Source of the DNA: a virus
Taxonomy: Duplodnaviria > Caudoviricetes
Strand: one strand, 5' to 3'
Length of the DNA: 64,000 bases
Virus record (IMG/VR): IMGVR_UViG_3300011008_000999
Below are positions 48,941 through 58,454 of the stretch, piece by piece (the first letter of the stretch is position 1; the number at the start of each line of letters is the position of its first letter). The position numbers and the translations under genes were made by a program. The notes beneath the pieces were generated by a model. The model ran no database searches, was not told the DNA's origin, and worked only from the letters and a program-made list of their open reading frames with translations.

Positions 48941-49459
48941 TTATTTACTTTCCTCCGGTTTGAACTCATAGAAGACATCTTCATTTTTAAGATCATCTTC
49001 ATTATAAAAGCCTAAAGGTTTAATTACAACAGGTTCTGTCATAAGATAATCTTCAGCTTTAGTAGTTTTAAGATACTCATTTACTTCCGTTGCGATCTGC
49101 ATAGGAGTCTTTTCAGACGTGTTGAATTTAAGAACTGTAATACCAAGTTTCTCAAATTCTTCAATATATCTATAGTAAGCTTCTCGATCTTTATTGATGT
49201 TAATCTTAGGTTCATGACTAATTGCACAACGAATCTGATGATCGTCATTAGATACATCAAGAAAAACAACAAGAGGTTTATAAAGCATTACGTAATCATG
49301 ATTTCTATGGAACTTATCATTATATACTACCTGTGTCAATGCACCACGACAGTTAACTGCGTATGCATAATTAGTGATAGTAGTAATGTAAGGCCCAATA
49401 GTATCTTTACCTGCTTTATCTACCCCTTCAATTTCAATCGCAATATTATTGATTGTCAT
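48941..49459 (-). CDS. dNMP/thymidylate kinase-like protein 2
   Basis: IEGVDKAGKDT P-loop; CRG in place of DR. Confidence 0.65.
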   Translation of the reverse strand: MTINNIAIEIEGVDKAGKDTIGPYITTITNYAYAVNCRGALTQVVYNDKFHRNHDYVMLYKPLVVFLDVSNDDHQIRCAISHEPKININKDREAYYRYIEEFEKLGITVLKFNTSEKTPMQIATEVNEYLKTTKAEDYLMTEPVVIKPLGFYNEDDLKNEDVFYEFKPEESK

Positions 49460-49476
49460 TTATTAAATATCCTTTC

Positions 49477-49977
49477 TTAAATATTTACACCTTTACTTCT
49501 AAGCCATTCATCAAGCTTTTCATAAGCATTAGGTTCAGCTATATCAATTACATAATATCTGTCATAGTTGAACTGTTTGAAATATTCTGCATATAACTTA
49601 AATAGCTCATTCTGATAATTAATTTCTTTTAGATAGTCATATTCACCTCTAGCAATAAGACGTTCATTAAGAATATCCATATTTGAAGTCAAAAAGATAA
49701 CAAAGAACGTATCTGTAGCGATAAGTTCTTCAGTTATCTTCTTAAACTCTTGATAAGTCAACTTAAAAGGTCGACCATAAATCTGTGGAAAAATATACTC
49801 GCTTAAGTGAAAGCGGTCAAAGATTTGATTATCTTTATTTAATAAATCAAGATAATACGGAAGATCGTTAGGTGTTTTAGCTGTTCCATGAATAGTATCA
49901 AGTTCATAATTAGCTAAGATCTTTTCTGCTAATGTAGTTTTACCTGTTGCATCAGGTCCTTCAATAATAATATTCAT
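49477..49977 (-). CDS. dNMP/thymidylate kinase-like protein 1
   Basis: IEGPDATGKTT, FDRFHLSE, ERLIARG. Confidence 0.8.
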   Translation of the reverse strand: MNIIIEGPDATGKTTLAEKILANYELDTIHGTAKTPNDLPYYLDLLNKDNQIFDRFHLSEYIFPQIYGRPFKLTYQEFKKITEELIATDTFFVIFLTSNMDILNERLIARGEYDYLKEINYQNELFKLYAEYFKQFNYDRYYVIDIAEPNAYEKLDEWLRSKGVNI

Positions 49978-50010
49978 GCCTAAAATCCTTTCATTTTATA
50001 ACTTAATTAT

Positions 50011-50043
50011 ATTTTATCACGATCTTCCGTAAATGTAAATAGT
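50011..50043 (-). promoter_or_regulatory. Class I promoter heading the nucleotide cluster
   Basis: ACTA-TTTACA-N17-TAAAAT with TG. Confidence 0.75.
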
Positions 50044-50045
50044 TT

Positions 50046-50420
50046 TTAATTGGCAACTTTTTTATATTTTCCAGGATTACGTCTCCACGCACAATATGTT
50101 TCAGTACTGAACCAACAGCAAGTATCATACATCATAACATTTGCATTAGGTATATAAGGTACAGACATTACTGTTTGAACTTCGTAGAACTTAACATTTT
50201 CTGGCTTAATAACATCTTTCTTATCATTAAGATAATTAGTTAAGAACTTATCTGCATCTTCTTTAGATTTGAAATACAATGCAAATCTTAAATCATTCTG
50301 CGATACATCTGTAAAAGTATCATTCTTTGCATTAGCTCCATGTGTAAATCCTAAGAACCAATTGTTCTTCTTATTTGCACGTACAACATACATTGCTGTG
50401 GTTAACTTGATTTCATCCAT
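50046..50420 (-). CDS. Hypothetical protein, paralog of 50423-50827
   Basis: FALYFKSKEDA...YL versus YALFFETEDLA...YL. Confidence 0.55.
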   Translation of the reverse strand: MDEIKLTTAMYVVRANKKNNWFLGFTHGANAKNDTFTDVSQNDLRFALYFKSKEDADKFLTNYLNDKKDVIKPENVKFYEVQTVMSVPYIPNANVMMYDTCCWFSTETYCAWRRNPGKYKKVAN

Positions 50421-50422
50421 AA

Positions 50423-50827
50423 TTACTTCTCCTTTTCTGTTAAAGCGTGATAAACATCTGCACTAAGAAGTACAAAATGTTCAAACTCGCCGTATTTAAG
50501 ATACGCACTTCTAAATACACCATTAGAAGCTTTTAGTTTTTCAGTATTCACCATAATGAATTTGTTAGTAAATGGAAATGTTACCATATCATAATCAAAT
50601 TCTACAGGTTCAACTGAAATAAACTTTTCATTACTTTTGAGCATTTTACAGTTCGGGCTGCTTAAATAAGCCTTTATTGCAGAAGCAGCCAGGTCTTCTG
50701 TCTCAAAGAAAAGCGCATAATCAAAATCAGATTGAGCTAATGTTGCAGGTCGCATTTTAATGTTTGCTGCAGACAAATATCTACCTGCTTTTTGATTGAG
50801 CTTTACGCAGTAAAATGTTTTTCTCAA
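50423..50827 (-). CDS. Hypothetical protein, paralog of 50046-50420
   Basis: 134 aa, TTG start with AAGGAG RBS. Confidence 0.55.
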   Translation of the reverse strand: MRKTFYCVKLNQKAGRYLSAANIKMRPATLAQSDFDYALFFETEDLAASAIKAYLSSPNCKMLKSNEKFISVEPVEFDYDMVTFPFTNKFIMVNTEKLKASNGVFRSAYLKYGEFEHFVLLSADVYHALTEKEK

Positions 50828-50846
50828 GATATTTCTCCTTTGTTAT

Positions 50847-52172
50847 TTATTCTTCATAAGAACCACCAAGGAATGTTACTTCCTCACCGTTCTCAAGAGC
50901 AATGTTAATATAGTCCATACATAAGTCAATTTCTTCCTGAGTCATAGATAAGTTATACTTACTGCAAATCATCAACCAAGAATAACAATAATCTTCTACA
51001 TTGATGTCTGGAAGATAATCACAAGGACCTTTGTCAGACTTACTACGATTAGCAGAATTGAGCACATCTACACCAACCCACTGATCATAAGCATAAGCAT
51101 TTCTTTGTTCTTCAGTCCAATCTTTTGCACCTCTTAAATAAGCAGATTTAAGTGGTACAATATGATCGTAATCAAGATTACCAAAATCATTATCTTCTTT
51201 CTTATCGTCTAAATCATGAATGATAGTTCCTGTATAAGGACACATATAAGTATTGTCTTCAGCATTATACCAAGGACTAGTCTTCCAAGCGTAATCATTA
51301 CGATTTACTTTCTTACCATTTAAGGTATAGCTTTGAGTTGGTTTCTCATAAGTGTTTCTATCGTAATCATCATATTCAGGTAAAGCGTCGATAACATTAA
51401 TTGAATTTACTAATGCATTAAGATTAGCAGTATTAGATAATGTTGTATCATAAGTTAATTCACCAGTAGTTTCAGTAGATTCAGATCCTTCAGTAGGAGT
51501 AGGTTCTACTTTATCTACAGTATACGAAATTTCTGCATCAGCATGCCAATGATTATTTAACCATCTTACAAATTCTACAGTATTCTTAGAAGTAACTTCG
51601 ATTTCAGTATCATCAAATTTAATTTTGAATGATCTAGCATAAGAGATTTCAATAGTATCAGGAAGCTTAATATCTTTCTTGACAATATTTCCATTCTCAT
51701 CTACATAAGAGTCATTTCTAGTAGGAGTAGTTTGATTACCAGGATCACTAATTCCAGGATTTTCTGTACTAGGTCCATCAATAGGACTACCTGGATCAGT
51801 AATTTCAGTATTGTTATTATTACCACCGCTAAATGGTCCACCAGGATCACTAATTCCAGGATCAGTAGTAAAATCTGGTAAATCAATATTATTACCACTA
51901 TTATCAGAATCTGCAACCTGATTATCTGAAGGATTAGTTAGAGTATTACCGCCTACAGTACCACCATTTTCAGTTTCATACGTAGGAAGTGAACCAATAA
52001 TATCGTGTCCTTTAGGCAACTCTGGAAGTGCCTGGATTAAAGGAGACATAACTGATTTTGGATCTCTAAGGTGTACCTCACTCTTAAATGAATTAAGAGT
52101 ATATCCACCTAGACTTAAGAGGCCCATAAACAGCAAACCTATAAAAAGTATTTTAATAATTCGTTTAATCAT
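50847..52172 (-). CDS. Membrane-anchored extracellular HNH (DUF1524-like) nuclease
   Basis: N-terminal TM segment; CPYTG, DYDHIVPL, ANRSKSDKGP. Confidence 0.75.
   Translation of the reverse strand: MIKRIIKILFIGLLFMGLLSLGGYTLNSFKSEVHLRDPKSVMSPLIQALPELPKGHDIIGSLPTYETENGGTVGGNTLTNPSDNQVADSDNSGNNIDLPDFTTDPGISDPGGPFSGGNNNNTEITDPGSPIDGPSTENPGISDPGNQTTPTRNDSYVDENGNIVKKDIKLPDTIEISYARSFKIKFDDTEIEVTSKNTVEFVRWLNNHWHADAEISYTVDKVEPTPTEGSESTETTGELTYDTTLSNTANLNALVNSINVIDALPEYDDYDRNTYEKPTQSYTLNGKKVNRNDYAWKTSPWYNAEDNTYMCPYTGTIIHDLDDKKEDNDFGNLDYDHIVPLKSAYLRGAKDWTEEQRNAYAYDQWVGVDVLNSANRSKSDKGPCDYLPDINVEDYCYSWLMICSKYNLSMTQEEIDLCMDYINIALENGEEVTFLGGSYEE
51738..51862. repeat. 23 bp direct repeat encoding PGISDPG (51738-51760 and 51840-51862)
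   Basis: accaggatcactaattccaggat occurs twice. Confidence 0.8.
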
Positions 52173-52195
52173 GGTTTGCCACCTCCTTTTTCATA

Positions 52196-52972
52196 TTATT
52201 TGTATTCAACATCGATAATGTAAAGACCATCATTATATCCGACGAAGTTTATATCATATTCTTCAAATGAATAATACAACATAAAACTACCCTTCTTTGC
52301 ATAACTTCCAGACTTAGTATTCTGACCAAACTGCTCATAAATAGATTCTTTTGCACTACCAAAGTTAATCCAATTAGGTAATGCACAAGTCATAAGTTTG
52401 TCACCAGAATTATTACCTGCCTGAAGTTTGTAACCTACACATTTCGTATTAGAAATAGTAGTTTCAGTATCAGACTTAAACTTAAAGATAATATTACCAT
52501 CACCAGTAGTAGGTGTAGCATGTACTTCAAAATATGTACCTACTTCTTCACCAGTAACATCTTTCTTTATAAGATACTTACCAACTTCTTCAATATAGAA
52601 CGGTCCAAACTTTTCAGATAAATACATATAATCACAAGGAAATGCAGTTAATTTTCCATCAATAGAAATAGTATTCATGTCAATAACTTCATTCATATTG
52701 ACATCGTCTACTACATTATACATCATTTCCTTTGGAACAATATCTAAATGTTCCCAAGTATCTTCTTCCTCTTCTGGTTCTTCTACAACTACAGTAGTAG
52801 GAGTTACGTCTTCAGTAGTTTCCTCTTCTACAGGTTTTTCTACAACTTCATTCTGAGCATAATTATGTTCTTCAGGATAGATTTCTTCAGGTTCATCATC
52901 TTTCTTACCACACGCAGCCATCGAAACTGCCATAAGAAGAGATAGACCTAATATTAAGATCTTTTTCATCAT
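52196..52972 (-). CDS. Lipoprotein (HNYAxN motif)
   Basis: Lipobox MAAC; acidic tether. Confidence 0.75.
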   Translation of the reverse strand: MMKKILILGLSLLMAVSMAACGKKDDEPEEIYPEEHNYAQNEVVEKPVEEETTEDVTPTTVVVEEPEEEEDTWEHLDIVPKEMMYNVVDDVNMNEVIDMNTISIDGKLTAFPCDYMYLSEKFGPFYIEEVGKYLIKKDVTGEEVGTYFEVHATPTTGDGNIIFKFKSDTETTISNTKCVGYKLQAGNNSGDKLMTCALPNWINFGSAKESIYEQFGQNTKSGSYAKKGSFMLYYSFEEYDINFVGYNDGLYIIDVEYK

Positions 52973-54930
52973 TTTCCTCCATTCTTCTTACTCTTTTTAC
53001 GAGTAGGCTTAGTGGCCTTGATTTTGTCTTTTAATGCTTCAATAAATGTAAAGTTCGAATCTTTTTCAGATGATAAATCAAATGTATTATCAACATTATC
53101 TACAACAGTATCAATATTTGCAGATTTATCACTAATCATTTCAATAAACAAACTGTCAAGAATAGAACTCATACAATATACATAATAAATCATACAACTT
53201 TCAGTCTGACCAGTTCTACAGATACGATCCTCTACCTGAACCATATCAGAAGGTACCCAAGCATAGTCAATAATAATCATTGTATGTGCAGCAGTAAGTG
53301 TAATACCTACACCACCAGCTTGCATATTTAAGATACATACAGTTTTCTTTTTAGCCTGAAAATCATCAATAGCTTGTTGTTTTGCTTGATCAGACATACC
53401 ACCTCTAATTTCACAACAAGTATCTTTGAAATGATCTCTAAGAATATCAGCAGAATCTACAAAATTAGTTACAATAACTACACTTTCTCCAGCATCTATA
53501 AGAGTCTCAGCTAAATCAATTGCTGCATCAATCTTATACAAACTTAACATCTTTCTACCAGTCATAGCAAGTCCCATGTAAGTATCACCATCTTCTGGTT
53601 CATAAAGACGTTTTTCAATATTCACATATTCTCTCTTAAAATGAGGATCAAGAGGAATAAACTGTCTTTGTTTCTTAAGGTTAGGAAGTACATCTTTCTT
53701 AAGACGTCTAACCATTAAGTTACTAAGTAAAGCATGTAACTGATCTGAGTTAGAATTACCAGAAAAGTCCTTACCAAAGTAAGTTTCCTTAGGATCACAG
53801 AACTTATTTGCATAATTAAGGAATGCCCACTTACTATTAAAGTCAAAAGCTTCACACTTGAGCATCTTTAAGATATTATACAAATCAAGATTGTGAGAAG
53901 GAAGTGGAGTACCACTAAGAAGATAACAGTATTCAACTGCATCTGCAAGTTCAAGTACTGCTTTTGCTCTCTTACTAGTAGGATTTCCCCAGTTATTTAC
54001 AGCTTTACAAGCATGACATTCATCTACAAAGATACAGTTAAAGTATTTCTTAAAGTCGTCTAAGAACTTACTTACTGAACCATAGCCAATAATTGTCCAA
54101 TCTTTACCAAAATGTGGTGCATCAGCATTAAGCTGAATCTGTACATCTGCATCAGGAGTTACATTCTTGATTTCTCTATACCAGTTTAATCTAAGAGATG
54201 CAGGACAAATAACCAATTTTGGTATATTTAAACTAGTTCCAACTAAGACTGAAATAAATGTCTTTCCACAACCCATTTCATGTCCAAGTAGAACTCTTTT
54301 CTTTTTAATGATCTTTGTAGCATCTTCAATCTGGAAGTCATAAGGTGTAAAAGGTAAAGATAACTTACTTAAATCTACCAGACTATTCTCAGACTTATTC
54401 AAGTAGAATAATCCAGCTTCAATATCATCAGGATCATACTTAATCATAAGTCTATCAAGTAATTTAGTAAAGTTATCTAGCTGATCTCTTGAAATAGATA
54501 TAACTAACTTATCAGGATCAGTTTTACTATCCACATACTTAAGACAATTCTTATTCTTTGCATCCCAAAGATCAGATACAAGATTTTTGTCATTAATATT
54601 AACTTCATACTCATAGAGTCCAAACTTATTGACTCTACCTGTATTCTTACATTCAACACTTGTAACAGTCTTCTTATAATCTGTTACTGGATGTTCAAAT
54701 CCAATAATAGAACCACCATTAGTAGCTCTAAAATATTGCATACGAAGTTCTCTTGCTTCTGCCTTCTCGTCTATAGGATAGTTACAAAGACAACAAGCAA
54801 CCAGATATAAGTCATAATCATTTGGATTGTCTAAAGATGCTATCTTAAGCATCATACGCTCATCAGCTAATTTGTATACTTTAGCATCTAGCATCTCCTT
54901 ATTTTTCTTTAACAAATCTAACATGACCAT
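52969..54930 (-). CDS. SNF2-family helicase (HARP/SMARCAL1-like)
   Basis: HEMGCGKT, DECH, LSGTP, GGVGITLT, QVEDRICRTGQ. Confidence 0.9.
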   Translation of the reverse strand: MVMLDLLKKNKEMLDAKVYKLADERMMLKIASLDNPNDYDLYLVACCLCNYPIDEKAEARELRMQYFRATNGGSIIGFEHPVTDYKKTVTSVECKNTGRVNKFGLYEYEVNINDKNLVSDLWDAKNKNCLKYVDSKTDPDKLVISISRDQLDNFTKLLDRLMIKYDPDDIEAGLFYLNKSENSLVDLSKLSLPFTPYDFQIEDATKIIKKKRVLLGHEMGCGKTFISVLVGTSLNIPKLVICPASLRLNWYREIKNVTPDADVQIQLNADAPHFGKDWTIIGYGSVSKFLDDFKKYFNCIFVDECHACKAVNNWGNPTSKRAKAVLELADAVEYCYLLSGTPLPSHNLDLYNILKMLKCEAFDFNSKWAFLNYANKFCDPKETYFGKDFSGNSNSDQLHALLSNLMVRRLKKDVLPNLKKQRQFIPLDPHFKREYVNIEKRLYEPEDGDTYMGLAMTGRKMLSLYKIDAAIDLAETLIDAGESVVIVTNFVDSADILRDHFKDTCCEIRGGMSDQAKQQAIDDFQAKKKTVCILNMQAGGVGITLTAAHTMIIIDYAWVPSDMVQVEDRICRTGQTESCMIYYVYCMSSILDSLFIEMISDKSANIDTVVDNVDNTFDLSSEKDSNFTFIEALKDKIKATKPTRKKSKKNGGK

Positions 54931-54961
54931 TTTACTCCTATTATATCTTACAATTTATGAA

Positions 54962-55195
54962 TTATTCAATTTCAAAATTGACCATATTGTTCACACAATC
55001 AATAGATATTACTTCTCGATCAAGTACTTCACCTTTTAATGATTCATCATATCTATCGCATACTTTAAAATTACCAGGTCTAAGTTTAAGCTCTGGAACA
55101 TGTAAATATGCGGTAATCATGAATTTTTGTACTGATCTTGGATTTAGATAATTAATAGCCTGTCCTAAACGCATAATAAATACCTCCATTGACAT
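54962..55195 (-). CDS. Hypothetical protein
   Basis: 77 aa; probable start MRLGQ. Confidence 0.5.
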   Translation of the reverse strand: MSMEVFIMRLGQAINYLNPRSVQKFMITAYLHVPELKLRPGNFKVCDRYDESLKGEVLDREVISIDCVNNMVNFEIE

Positions 55196-55230
55196 ATTAG
55201 GGAATTAGTATTGTTTAATTTTCTTATTGT

Positions 55231-55246
55231 ATAATATTAAATAGCC
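55231..55246 (-). promoter_or_regulatory. Class II motif
   Basis: GGCTATTTAATATTAT. Confidence 0.6.
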
Positions 55247-56670
55247 CTTGTCCCAATACCATTTTTCATATTAGTTTTAAGTTCTTGTACACATTCATCA
55301 TAAATCCAACTAAATTCGGCTTTAGATAATTGACTCTTTACTACATAAAATCCATCATATACATTCACACATTTAATTCCTTTATCTAAAAGCTTTCTTC
55401 TAATTAGAATATGCAAATTAGATTCTAAAGTGAATATATCAGATTTAATGAATTTCTTAGTATTCAATGTCAAATACATTGCATCTCGTACATGTTCAAG
55501 AAATGTTTTCACATCAATATTAAGTGATGTAGTAAATAATTCAAATCTCTCATAAATTTCTTGATCTTCTTTATTTAACTTCTGATATTTTCGTGGATGT
55601 CCTGCATAATATTTGTTTAAGTAGTCCCAATGACTTGCAGTATATCCAATAGCATGAGGTTTCATATAGATAGGCATCAATACTAACTTAAATGCTTTTC
55701 TAAATTTCTCTCTATTTCTACCAGACCAAGGAATAGGAAAACCACAGTTATTCCATATTTGTTCATAAATATCAGTATCAAATGGAAGTAACTTATCATG
55801 ATTTAGATTATATGTTAATCTATAAATTGAACCATTTACATCATATTCTGTTATATCTTTCATATTAGCACTAAGCATAGATTCCAACATATCAGATCTT
55901 GCTTTACTACTTCGCCAATAGTTACTTTCATTGATCTTATCCGTATGTTCAGGATTTACAGTTGTACAGATTTCATGAGTAAGTCTTAAACAGCCTTCTT
56001 CTAAATATCTACATGTAAATTCAGGAAAGTCAGTGTCCAAAGTCCTTTTTATATCAAGATAATATCTATTTTCTTCTATTTTATCATGAATCTTGAGTAC
56101 TTTCTGTAAAGTCTTTTTATCTTCTTTACTTAAGGTTTCTGTAAATTCTTTATCTAGATTATCTAAGTCTAAACTAGTAAAGTCGTTCTTTTTACTACGA
56201 TTTGACAAAAATGAGATAAAATCATTAAATGTGCCTTTATAGTCAGTAATATTATTAAGAACATCAATCTCTACATGATCTATCATATATTGATTAAGCC
56301 CTTTCTGGTCTAAAGAATACACATTCAAAAACTTTATCTCATTCGGTTCTCCAATTCGAATTTTCTTATATTTTGGAATAGTATACGGTACTTTATTACC
56401 TGCTCTATCTTTATAATATACAGACTTACCTGCATTATCTCTTTCTACATATTTAAGGAATCCTAAATCTCTTAATTTAGCACACCATCTTTTTACAGTC
56501 AAAACTGTACATCCAAAGTAATCAGATAAAGTAGTCTGTGGAATTGAAAATTCATTTGATACATTTGAACTTCTATTATAATAAGAATAAGCCAAGATTA
56601 GAATAAAAAAGTCTTGCATTCCTGGTCTATGTCTAGCAGGTCTAGATACTTTTTTAAGATCTTTTAGCAT
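55237..56670 (-). CDS. wHTH plus family-A-polymerase-like palm protein (candidate replication initiator, primase or minimal polymerase)
   Basis: PQTTLSDYFGCTVLTVKRWCAKL HTH; EYDVNGSIYRL, RKAFKLVLMPIYM and VNVYDGFY resemble motifs A, B and C. Confidence 0.55.
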   Translation of the reverse strand: MLKDLKKVSRPARHRPGMQDFFILILAYSYYNRSSNVSNEFSIPQTTLSDYFGCTVLTVKRWCAKLRDLGFLKYVERDNAGKSVYYKDRAGNKVPYTIPKYKKIRIGEPNEIKFLNVYSLDQKGLNQYMIDHVEIDVLNNITDYKGTFNDFISFLSNRSKKNDFTSLDLDNLDKEFTETLSKEDKKTLQKVLKIHDKIEENRYYLDIKRTLDTDFPEFTCRYLEEGCLRLTHEICTTVNPEHTDKINESNYWRSSKARSDMLESMLSANMKDITEYDVNGSIYRLTYNLNHDKLLPFDTDIYEQIWNNCGFPIPWSGRNREKFRKAFKLVLMPIYMKPHAIGYTASHWDYLNKYYAGHPRKYQKLNKEDQEIYERFELFTTSLNIDVKTFLEHVRDAMYLTLNTKKFIKSDIFTLESNLHILIRRKLLDKGIKCVNVYDGFYVVKSQLSKAEFSWIYDECVQELKTNMKNGIGTRAI

Positions 56671-56859
56671 TCTAATCTCTCCTTTCTTAAAATTTTCTTC
56701 AAAAAGTTCAAATTTAATATTTTGTATTTATTATATATAGCATATTAGGGTATCATTTTTTGCAATAAATAAGGAACGCCTCATACAAGCAAAAAGACTG
56801 CTTGCATAAGGCTTAAAAGTATTTAGTTGATTGGTCTACAGACTGAACCTTCCAACATA

Positions 56860-57588
56860 TTAAATGTTACTAAAATAGTGTGCGCCCCACTGGAAAGCAG
56901 GTGTTCCCAGGTTTTCATGATAATGACCAGTTCTGAAATAATATACTTCATAATTAATCTGTGAAATGGACTCTTCATACGCTATTTGTAACTCTTCCTC
57001 TGTAGGTGTATTATCAGCATTATACAAGATAGGTGCTGTAGAGAACTGATCTTTAGCATATACAATAGAATGTATATCAGCATTGTTATGCGCCATTCTA
57101 TTAAGAACTGTATCTGCTACAAGTCTCTTACCTTTCTCATCCTGATTACCAGACTCAGCATGAATTACTCTTGCAAGTAGATCCAATTCTTCATCTGTTA
57201 AAGGTGATTCAGGTACATAATTCTCTGCAATATATGTAGCTTCTTCAATAACTGAATTTTCTACATTTTTTGCAATGTCTACAGGGTTTACTGACACTAA
57301 ATCAGAGTCTACTTCTGAAATAACTTCAGAAGGAACTAGCTCTGTAACAGTAAGTACTGATGAAGTTACTGTTAATACATTTGGTGCAGCATACTTATTC
57401 GGTTGTACGATTTCAATTGTTTCAACTTCAACTTTGTTCTTTGAACATTCTTGGGCTGAAGCTTGTATTGTGTTTGTTCCAAACATTATTGCTTGTGAAC
57501 TTAAAAATATAAGTGCAGCTGCAATATATGCTAAACACAATCTAGTATTCAGTTTTCGAACATTTTTTAACATTAATCTTTCTCCCAT
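56860..57588 (-). CDS. SleB-like cell wall hydrolase (Hydrolase_2)
   Basis: Signal peptide; LLARVIHAESGNQ...VADTVLNR...QFS...HYF. Confidence 0.85.
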   Translation of the reverse strand: MGERLMLKNVRKLNTRLCLAYIAAALIFLSSQAIMFGTNTIQASAQECSKNKVEVETIEIVQPNKYAAPNVLTVTSSVLTVTELVPSEVISEVDSDLVSVNPVDIAKNVENSVIEEATYIAENYVPESPLTDEELDLLARVIHAESGNQDEKGKRLVADTVLNRMAHNNADIHSIVYAKDQFSTAPILYNADNTPTEEELQIAYEESISQINYEVYYFRTGHYHENLGTPAFQWGAHYFSNI

Positions 57589-57648
57589 TTTAGAGACTAA
57601 ATAGCCTCGTCTCCATCATGTTTGATCGAGATAAAATACCTCTTGAGC

Positions 57649-57942
57649 TTAATTGCTCCCGTCTGTTACCGTGATGTCTTCTACAAAAGTATAACATCTG
57701 CAGTACTTACATCCACAAGCTTCCATATCTGCATAGGTATCGAAGTGTCTGTAATATGGATGTCCGCACTTGCACATACGATCGTCACCATAATTAGGAT
57801 TATACCTTCTTATAGTTTCGATCTTTTTATATTCAATGTAGGGACCACTTGTATCACCTACCTGAATAGCGTTGTTTATATCGCCAAAGAATGTATGTAT
57901 CTTTGACTTGTAACCTTCAATTGTTACCTTTATCTTTTTCAT
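57649..57942 (-). CDS. Cys-rich phage-like hypothetical protein
   Basis: YNPNYGDDRMCKCGHPYYRHFD...CKYCRC. Confidence 0.6.
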   Translation of the reverse strand: MKKIKVTIEGYKSKIHTFFGDINNAIQVGDTSGPYIEYKKIETIRRYNPNYGDDRMCKCGHPYYRHFDTYADMEACGCKYCRCYTFVEDITVTDGSN

Positions 57943-57950
57943 TTTTCTCC

Positions 57951-58451
57951 TTATATTTCTACTTTATAATGCTTTTCGAAAAATCCAGGAGCAATAGCGT
58001 CAAAACCTTTATCTTGACACTGAGCAGTAACTCCATATCCATCGTCAATAACCAAAGTCCGAACGATTTCATAATCTGCAGCTACTTCCTTATTGTACGC
58101 CAGAATCATAGGTAACTTTGCATCCTGAGTCGATACACTAAAGTAGTTATCAAATAAACCAGGTGTAGCATTATCAAGTAGATCAGTCTTAGACTTGAAA
58201 TAGATGCTAGTCTGGCAACCAGTTAACAAGTTCACAAATGGCTTAATGCCATTATTTTGAAGATAAGCACAAATCTGTCTAACCTTCTCAATAAGTTCAT
58301 GATTCAGATATTTCTCATCATATTCAATCTTTCCAAATCCGAACATTACATTGTATTCAAAATCTTCATCATATCTCCAATGAAACTTATGATCATAAAT
58401 AGTATCATCGAAGTCGATATATATCATAAATGCTTTTTCTTTCTTTTTCAT
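57951..58451 (-). CDS. HAD-superfamily hydrolase-like protein
   Basis: YIDFDDT, LLTG, K, VIDD motifs. Confidence 0.6.
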   Translation of the reverse strand: MKKKEKAFMIYIDFDDTIYDHKFHWRYDEDFEYNVMFGFGKIEYDEKYLNHELIEKVRQICAYLQNNGIKPFVNLLTGCQTSIYFKSKTDLLDNATPGLFDNYFSVSTQDAKLPMILAYNKEVAADYEIVRTLVIDDGYGVTAQCQDKGFDAIAPGFFEKHYKVEI

Positions 58452-58454
58452 AGA

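Noticed and set aside
49592-49607. Additional class II-like match (AGCTATTTAAGTTATA) inside kinase 1, and a core-only match in vanZ
   Set aside because: Intragenic and imperfect; may be chance matches in AT-rich DNA
56670-56860. Iteron-type replication origin upstream of the wHTH-palm gene
   Set aside because: AT-rich with one hairpin but no clear direct repeats; cannot be supported from sequence alone
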